The notes beneath the pieces were generated by a model that made no database searches, had not been told where the DNA came from, and saw only the letters and a list, made by a program, of their open reading frames with translations. From positions 755,067,897 through 755,124,094 of the forward strand of contig NC_133617.1 of assembly GCF_048593235.1 (NCBI RefSeq): a DNA stretch of 56,198 bases, written 5' to 3'. Source of the stretch: Sminthopsis crassicaudata (Eukaryota). The position numbers and the translations under genes are program-made. Below are positions 49,385-56,198 of the stretch, one piece after another. Every line of letters starts with the position of its first letter. Position 1 is the first letter of the stretch.

Positions 49385-50745
49385 CTGGAGAGTGAAATGG
49401 CAAACCACTATGGATAATACTAAAATGATCAAATTTTCATCAGAAAATGAGCCCCTCAGGTCAGAAGCTGTTCAGCACCCCATCAGGAACAAATGAAGCT
49501 CCAGTAGTAGAGAAGTAGCTGGTTCAGAGCACAGATGGGAGTCCCAATTCACCTTGCTTTTCTCTGGAGGAGTCTATGTGCCGGCCAAGAAACAACAGTT
49601 AGGACTGGATACAAAACAACTGATTGGGTTAAGATTGGAAAAGGAGTATGACAGGGCTGTATATTGTCACCTTACTTATTTAACTTCTATGCAGAGTACA
49701 TCATGGGAAATGCAAGGCTAGATCAATCAAATCAATATGCAAGGCTAAATCAATCAATAGAATCAAAATCTGGAGTTCACGTTGTGGCGAGAGTTATCAG
49801 CAATCTCAAATATTTGGCCACGACCACTCTGATGGAAGAAAGGGAAGAAGAATTAAGAAGTTTCTTGATGAGAGTGAAAAAGCAGATTGTAAAAGCTGGC
49901 TTAAAGTTTAACATCAAAAAGACTAAGATCTTGGCAAGTGGCCCCATCACTTTCTGGAAAATAGATGGAGAAGAAATGGAAGCAATGCCATCTTTTATAT
50001 TTTTGGACTCAAAGATTTTCGCAGACAGGGACCATAGTCATGAAATTTAAAAATGCTTGCTCCTTGGAAGGAAAGCTATAACAAATCTGGACAGAAAGCT
50101 ATAACAAATCTGTACAGCTTACTAACGAGCAGAGCCCTCACTTTGCCAACAAAGGTTCACATAGCTGTAAGAACTGGACTCTAAGGAAAGCTGAGTGCCC
50201 CCAAATCTACAGTGGTCCTCAAACTTTTTAACTAGGGGGGCCAGTTCACTATCCCTCAGACTGTGGGAGGGCCAGACTATAGTAAAAAGAAAAACTCACA
50301 CTCTGTCTCTGCCCCTCAGCCCATTTGCATAATTTGGCAGGCCACATAAACGTCCTCAGTGGCAGGATCTGGCCCCCAGGCTGTAGTTTGAGAACCCCTG
50401 ACACTTTCGAGTTGTGGTCCCCGGGGAAAACTCTTGAGAGACCCTTGGATAGTAAGGAGATCAAATCACTCAATACTCAATAACAGAATACTTATTGAAA
50501 GATCAAATATCGAAGCTTAAATGTTTTGGCTACATAACAATAAGAGAGGATACATTTGAAAAGGCCCTGGTGTTGGGAAAGATTGAAGTCAGAAAGGAAA
50601 AGCTGAGATTAATAGATAGCATCATGGAGACAGTGAACATGAGGCAGACTTCGAGAAAGAGTGGTGGATAGAAAAGTGACGAGAGATGGCCTTCTTTAGG
50701 GTCATGAAGAGTCGGACACGACTGAATGATTGAATGACAAATAAC
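49385..50745 (+). mobile_element. BovB-type RTE LINE, internally deleted and inactive
   Basis: ORF 49664-50050 SPYLFNFYAEYIM...LKFNIKKTKILASGPITFW...DHSHEI matches BovB RT (YADD decayed to YLAT); 3' end gaagagtcggacacgactgaatgattgaa; 5'-type segment 49395-49530. Confidence 0.92.
50210..50400 (+). mobile_element. hAT MITE (OC1/OposCharlie1-like non-autonomous element) nested in BovB
   Basis: 16-bp TIRs cagtggtcctcaaact / agtttgagaacccctg (14/16); internal gggggccagttcactatccctcagactg recalled as OC1/nhAT1-like; BovB resumes either side. Confidence 0.85.
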
Positions 50746-51055
50746 CCTTGAAACCCTCCAGAATTCTGAGACCAGTTTCCTTCTTAAATGTGTAAGTAAA
50801 TCAAAGCAATAAATCTGAATTATACACTCAAGTAGACAAGTGGAAATTCTCATTCCTCCCCCTCCTCCATTTTCAATAACCTCTAACTTCTCTGGGAAAT
50901 GATACCTAACAAAAGGAAGAAGAGAACCAGAAAGTAAGTACCCATTTGCCTATGATGAGTTCGAGTCACTTGGATCAAATGAGCCAAATCCTCAGGCCCT
51001 AAGAGAAATGGCAGGCGTTATTAATGATCCAAAGCCAGCGATGGCTGGGAAACAG

Positions 51056-51057
<2 letters not shown>

Positions 51058-51108
<51 letters not shown>

Positions 51109-51131
51109 TGTGTGTGTGTGTGTGTGTGTGT
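51058..51131. repeat. (GT)n microsatellite
   Basis: Directly visible. Confidence 0.98.
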
Positions 51132-51539
51132 ATGTGGTACCATAGGATCTAAGCAGGTCAATCAGATGGCCTTCAATTCCTGGCTAGAATATATTCTCAA
51201 GGGATCATTAATGAACATTTAGAAAAGCAAGTGAATTGTAGTTCAGGTGGTGACTTGAAAATCAGCCAAGTAATCTGGCTTCTCAGCAAACATCTAAAAA
51301 GGGAATCAGATGAAACAGTGTTCAAGATATGGATCAAGGAAATAATAGGAAGATCTTTCATTTGGCTTGGACTGAATAAACATATAACAGAATCTGTGGG
51401 CGTTGGGGCAGGGATCCTTCCAATGAAGCGTGCAGTGATCTCAGGTGAATAGACTGGCGCTTACCACCATTCAGAAACAGGCCACCAGCCCCCAAATCCT
51501 GCAGAGCTCCCATGAGAAGACTCCAATTCGGCGGAGTCC

Positions 51540-52265
51540 CACAGCATTCTGATATAGTAAATGGCAGGAAAATGCTGGACACAATGAAGAAAAATATTCA
51601 GTGACAGGAGACACGTGTAAGTAAACTTGGAAGAAGAGAGTAACTTCACAACAGGCAGAAGCAAAGCCACAGGGAAAATGTGTTAATAGAGTACCTGGAA
51701 ATGTGAAGCAAGAGATAAAACATGAAATTAGATCTGTGGAGGGAAAACACGAAGGGAGATTAAATAATTTAGAACAGAAGAGGGAAAATCTTACCTATGA
51801 GGCAGACTTCACTTACCTCCTGCCATGCTAGAATGGAACAGACAGAACTCAAAAACTCTAAGAGACAATAATACAGAATAGATAAAAATAAAAATATTGG
51901 AAAAAATAAAAGACACTACAAGCTATCTACTTAAAAATGCTTGAGAAGAAAGAATTGAAGAAAAATCAACCTCTCTGAAAATCATGATCTCCCCAACTGC
52001 TAGACTCCATATTTACACACACTGAAATTCAGTTTGCCCTGACAACTGTATTAGAAGCACAAGACAATAGCTGAAGCAGACCGAAAATCATATCATAAAG
52101 CAGCAGTCATCAATACCATTTGGTATTGCTAAGAAAGAGTAGTTTGCTGTCTAGGAAGGGGAGGTGGGGGAATGGGAGGGAGAAATATGGAAAGGGTGAA
52201 GTTAAAAACTCTCTTTGCATGTATTTTAAAATTAAAAGTGAATATTATTTTAAAAGAAATTTAAA
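51540..52265 (+). mobile_element. Old L1/HAL1-like ORF1 remnant and 3' end
   Basis: A-rich coiled-coil-like text followed by L1-type 3' end (gttaaaaactctctttgcatgtatttt); degraded. Confidence 0.45.
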
Positions 52266-52418
52266 AAGAAGCACAAAACAAAGTAAAAATTGGAGAAGAG
52301 CACTGGTCACTATCTGAAAGAGTCTTCAAACTTCATACTCTCAGGAATGTCAGAGTTGCAATCTGGAGCTTATAGGTCAAAGGAAAAAAAGTTAAAGCAT
52401 CTAAAAGTCAAGTCAGTA

Positions 52419-52469
52419 TAGTAGGATTCTGACTTTTAATCCAGTCAAAAAAAAAAAAAAAAAAAAAAA
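52419..52469 (+). mobile_element. Micro-insertion: 28-nt antisense L1 ORF2 fragment plus A23
   Basis: TSD taaaagtcaagtcagta at 52402-52418 and 52470-52486; insert matches 15155-15182 at 25/28. Confidence 0.9.
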
Positions 52470-54159
52470 TAAAAGTCAAGTCAGTAAGCATTTATTTAGC
52501 ACTTCCTGGGTCCTGTTAAGCACTTGGGATTTGAATATCAGGAAAAGAAAACTCGTCTTTGTTCTTAAGGAGCTTACATTTTAATGAGGGAAGCTAACAC
52601 ATCAAAAAGGAGATGAAAAGGGGCAGGAAAGAGCATACTTGCAATGATTCCATGATGGAAAAAATTTGGAAGAAAATTGGGCTCTGTGAGAGGCTATGTT
52701 AACTTCAGTGGAGCTCGGTGAGAAATGAGGACATGGCGAGCCTGGGTACTTACCTCCTTCAAATGGAAGTTCTCGAAGGAACTGACCACTTAGAGGAAGA
52801 GTACTCTTCACGCCTGAGGTGGGCAGAGTGAACTTCCAGAGGGAGAAGGCTGCTGGGGCATGATGGAGAAAGTCCACAGTGAATGGCCAGATCGAAAGAG
52901 TAGATGCTAAAGACTAGGTCATCATGGGAGGCCTTCTGAGGACTATCCCGGGAGTCTTGACTTGGTCATGTTCTGGTTCACATTTGTATCAATAACTCGG
53001 AGAAGAAATCTGCAGATGACACAGATCCAAGAGGGCTGGCTAGGGCATCTTGGGCAAGGAAGTCCAAATCCAACCAAATCTCAAGAGCTTAGAGCTCAGG
53101 GCTGATATTAATAACAATAACAAATAATAGCAATTAGTAACTAACATTCACATAGTGCTTTACGGTTTACAAATCACTTTATCTAGGTTATCTTCTTTTA
53201 CAAGACATGTTATGATGGGTAACCCTTTAATATTTGGTTGATGTGGAAAATTGGTCATCATTTCTAGAGTTCCTTTTCCTTGCCTTCTTTCTGGCATCTG
53301 ATTAGTCACTCTGAAGCTCTAATTATATATTTAGCCTGGCTTCCCTTCAAGTTGGTGTAGTCAATGAGGAAAAATAAAGCACTGTCATGGCAGCAGCTGG
53401 CCATCCCAAAGAGACAACTGGACTGTTCAGACTTTTTTTTTCTCAAACCTAGAACATAAAAATATTAAAATGGGAAGGGGAGGGGGAGAAGTAGGACCAC
53501 CACGGGGGTTTTCAGTTGCACATAAGTTCCTCATGTCTGATGTTTCACAATTTATCTCTGAATGGGAAAAAGAACAAGTTGGAAATGTAAGAGATTTGAA
53601 ACAAAAATGTAAAGATTTGCTGTCCAAAGTGCCTGAATCACAATAGACTATATTTGTCATTCCTATTTCTTTGGTAGAACTTATTAGATAAACCTTCTAA
53701 TACTTTCCTTTGCTGGATCCTAGGGAAGAGGAAATCTAACAAAACATAAGAGTATTTGGAAATGCCTTTGCACCATGTTAACTTGCTGAAATAAGTTTTC
53801 TACTTATTCATAATGCTACTTAAAAACAAGAATTGTCTTAGCTCTATTTATATTATAAAAGAAATTTTAAACATTAAAAGTGGGATTTGATTATAAAAGA
53901 ACGTGTTAGAAAAATACAATTTGGAGGCATTTCAATTTCAGAATAAACTGTTTAAGAGTAAGAAACTCATCATTATATGTTATATTTAACAGATAATTGG
54001 TAACGTGTATTGTTTTAACTTGTCTAAGAAACAAATATTTCTGCAAATCAGACATAGCCCATCCTTTATTATTTAATTTGCTGCTTTTTAATAGAAATTA
54101 TTTAAATTCACAAATAGAATTTGAAAGAAGGAAAAATCCTACCTCAGAATGACCCTGGA

Positions 54160-54330
54160 AGGTGGATACTATTATTATCCCCATTTTCCAGATGGGAAAA
54201 CTGAGGAGGGGAGGGTTTCATTGTCTTGCTCAGGGTCATACAGCTAGAAAATGCCTAAGGCAGAATTTGAACTCAGGTCTTGATTCCAAATTCAGCATTC
54301 TATGCACTGTTCCACCTAACTGTCTCAGCA
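54160..54330 (-). mobile_element. MIR SINE
   Basis: attatccccattttccagatgggaaaactgagg. Confidence 0.82.
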
Positions 54331-54434
54331 AGATACAATTTGGTAAGAATAAAGGAAACATTCTATTTGTGAATTTAAATGATCAACTTCCCAGGCAGGT
54401 GTGGTCAGACATCTGGTATTGACCATTCAGGGAA

Positions 54435-54630
54435 TTTAGGGCACTTCGAGACTGCTCTGGCAGTGGGGAGAGCCTGGGGCCTCTTCAGGCAAGTCACTTC
54501 ACCTTGTTTGCCTCAGTTTCCTCATCTGTAATGAGCTGGAGATGAACCAGTCCAGTGTCTCTGCCAAGAAAACCCCAAACTGGATCCCTGAGAGCTGAAT
54601 GCACCTGAGGTGACTCAACAATAACAACAA
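54435..54630 (+). mobile_element. MAR1 CORE-SINE
   Basis: cctcagtttcctcatctgtaatgagctggagatg...gccaagaaaacccc...caacaataacaacaa. Confidence 0.8.
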
Positions 54631-54680
54631 ACCTAATATGGGTCAAGAGCATGATGGGGTAGCTAGGAAACATCCTATAA

Positions 54681-54684
<4 letters not shown>

Positions 54685-54711
<27 letters not shown>

Positions 54712-54760
54712 GAGGCTGAGGTTAAGTGACTTGCCCAGGGTCACACAGCCAGGAAGTGCT
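54685..54760 (-). mobile_element. Young 5'-truncated WSINE1
   Basis: Perfect 16-bp TSD aacatcctataatctt at 54669-54684 and 54761-54776; uninterrupted T29 run; ~50 nt of SINE 3' end. Confidence 0.95.
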
Positions 54761-54979
54761 AACATCCTATAATCTTAAGAAAGGCAGAATGTCCAGGGGA
54801 AAGGTAAGGAGCGTCCCCACGCCCATCATTCTGGGCCCACAGCCTGGGCTTTCCTGTTCACTGCTGGGGCCAGGGATTAGCAGGGCATTGCCAAGCTGGA
54901 GAGCCCCAGGAAGGGTCTTGAGTCATGGCAGAGGAGAACTGGCAGGAGCCACTGGCTCTAGGCACATTTAGCCTGAAGA

Positions 54980-55130
54980 ATCAATCAGTAAAGTTATATG
55001 AGGGGCCTTCTATGTATTAGAAAGGGGGCTCAGTCCTGAGGATACAAAGACAAATATGGAATAGTTGTTGCCCTGAAGGAGCTTCTATTTTCTTGGAGAA
55101 GAGAAACTGTAGATCGAGGAGTTCAGGGCT
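54980..55130 (-). mobile_element. L2 3' tail
   Basis: tcaatcagtaaagttatatgaggggccttctatgtattag...gttgccctgaaggagcttctatt. Confidence 0.65.
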
Positions 55131-55819
55131 TTGAAAGCGTCCGGGACAGGAAGCAGCCTTGCTGTGCTCAGCCCCAGAGGAGCTGGGAGGGGAGGAATCG
55201 GTGGTGCTGGTCTCAGGGAGGCCCCGTGAGCTCGCTGTTCCATGGGGAAGGCGCTGCCTGGAGGTGGAGGACCCCTCCTCACTGAGAGTCCCAAAGGGGC
55301 AGGATGATGTCTTGTGGGAGTCTATTTGTGGCTGAGACTGCTCCTCCAGCTCTGACATTTAGGGACCAGGCATTCCCAGGAAGAATATAGAATGCCCGTG
55401 CATCTCACCACCTTCCCTGGGGACTCCATGGCCCGTCACCTTTGGGTCCAAGTGCTTTTCTTTGGTAATGAGCATAAATCTGTGAGCAGGAGATGAGAGG
55501 AAACACTGCCTTTAAGGGAGGGGGAGGCCGCAGGCCACCTGGCTGAGTCCGAAGGCTTGGTGTGGTGACCACATTGGAGGCTGACGCACTTCGTGTTCTG
55601 GAGCATGGACTCGGTCCCCAAAGTGGAATGACTGCATCGGCAACCCCGGGGCCAAGGTAGGGCAGGTGGTGTTAATAAGATCCAACTCCAGGATGTGGAA
55701 TCCTTCCTCCTCCTCCCCCCACTCCTCAGCAAGAACAGGGGAATTGTCAGAGTTCCCTTAATTCCCTTAAATCCCAGAATTCCCTTAAAAGGCTTATTGC
55801 CCAAATGGGAAAGAATGTC

Positions 55820-56075
55820 AGAGATTCTGCGGCGAATTTCAAATGAACCCGGCACGTGCTGGTCACAAATCATCTCTGAGATGGCTCCGCATCCCTGGTA
55901 GCCACAAAATGCCAGACCCGCTGCAGGCGTTTAGGAAGTGCTCGTTAGCCGGCCGGCCGATGAGCTGGGTCTCGGTCTCGCGGTCCCAGCCCCAAAGTCC
56001 CGCTAGGCTCTCTCCGAGCCGCGCTCGTGCCCTCGCTTGCTGGTCCCTAGTGCCTGAGGCAGCCTAGCGATCGGG
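55820..56075. promoter_or_regulatory. CpG-dense patch (mini CpG island)
   Basis: About 22 CpG in ~255 bp against a CpG-depleted background; no repeat recognised. Confidence 0.5.
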
Positions 56076-56198
56076 AAAGGTGACTAATTGCTAGGAGCAT
56101 TTTTTACATAGAGGAAGTCTGGGTCTCTTCTTTAAACTCCTGTCTGCTATTGCGATTTCTGTCCTCAGGAGACAAGCACAAAGACTAATCACTCACCC

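Overview
Marsupial genomic DNA, probably an Australian dasyurid (inferred from WSINE1-type CORE-SINEs, MAR1, BovB/RTE LINEs and an OC1-like hAT MITE; family names are recalled, not from a database search). It looks intronic or intergenic: I recognise no host protein-coding exon, and every recognisable ORF is a decayed LINE fragment (L1, RTE/BovB, CR1/L3, L2). Roughly half the window is recognisable transposon sequence; the rest is repeat-free islands that look regulatory. There is one 205-N assembly gap. I see no clear multi-gene novel system. The most unusual signals are small structures: (1) a 28-nt antisense L1 ORF2 fragment plus A23 inside a perfect 16-17 bp TSD (piRNA-sized retrocopy or extreme twin-priming product); (2) a perfect 67-bp inverted duplication and a ~54-bp-stem hairpin; (3) an L1 made only of 5'UTR+3'UTR inside a TSD; (4) a double-tailed chimeric retro-insertion; (5) a hAT MITE nested in BovB; (6) a telomeric repeat at an LTR/L1 junction. 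Boundaries of old repeats are approximate (tens of bp).
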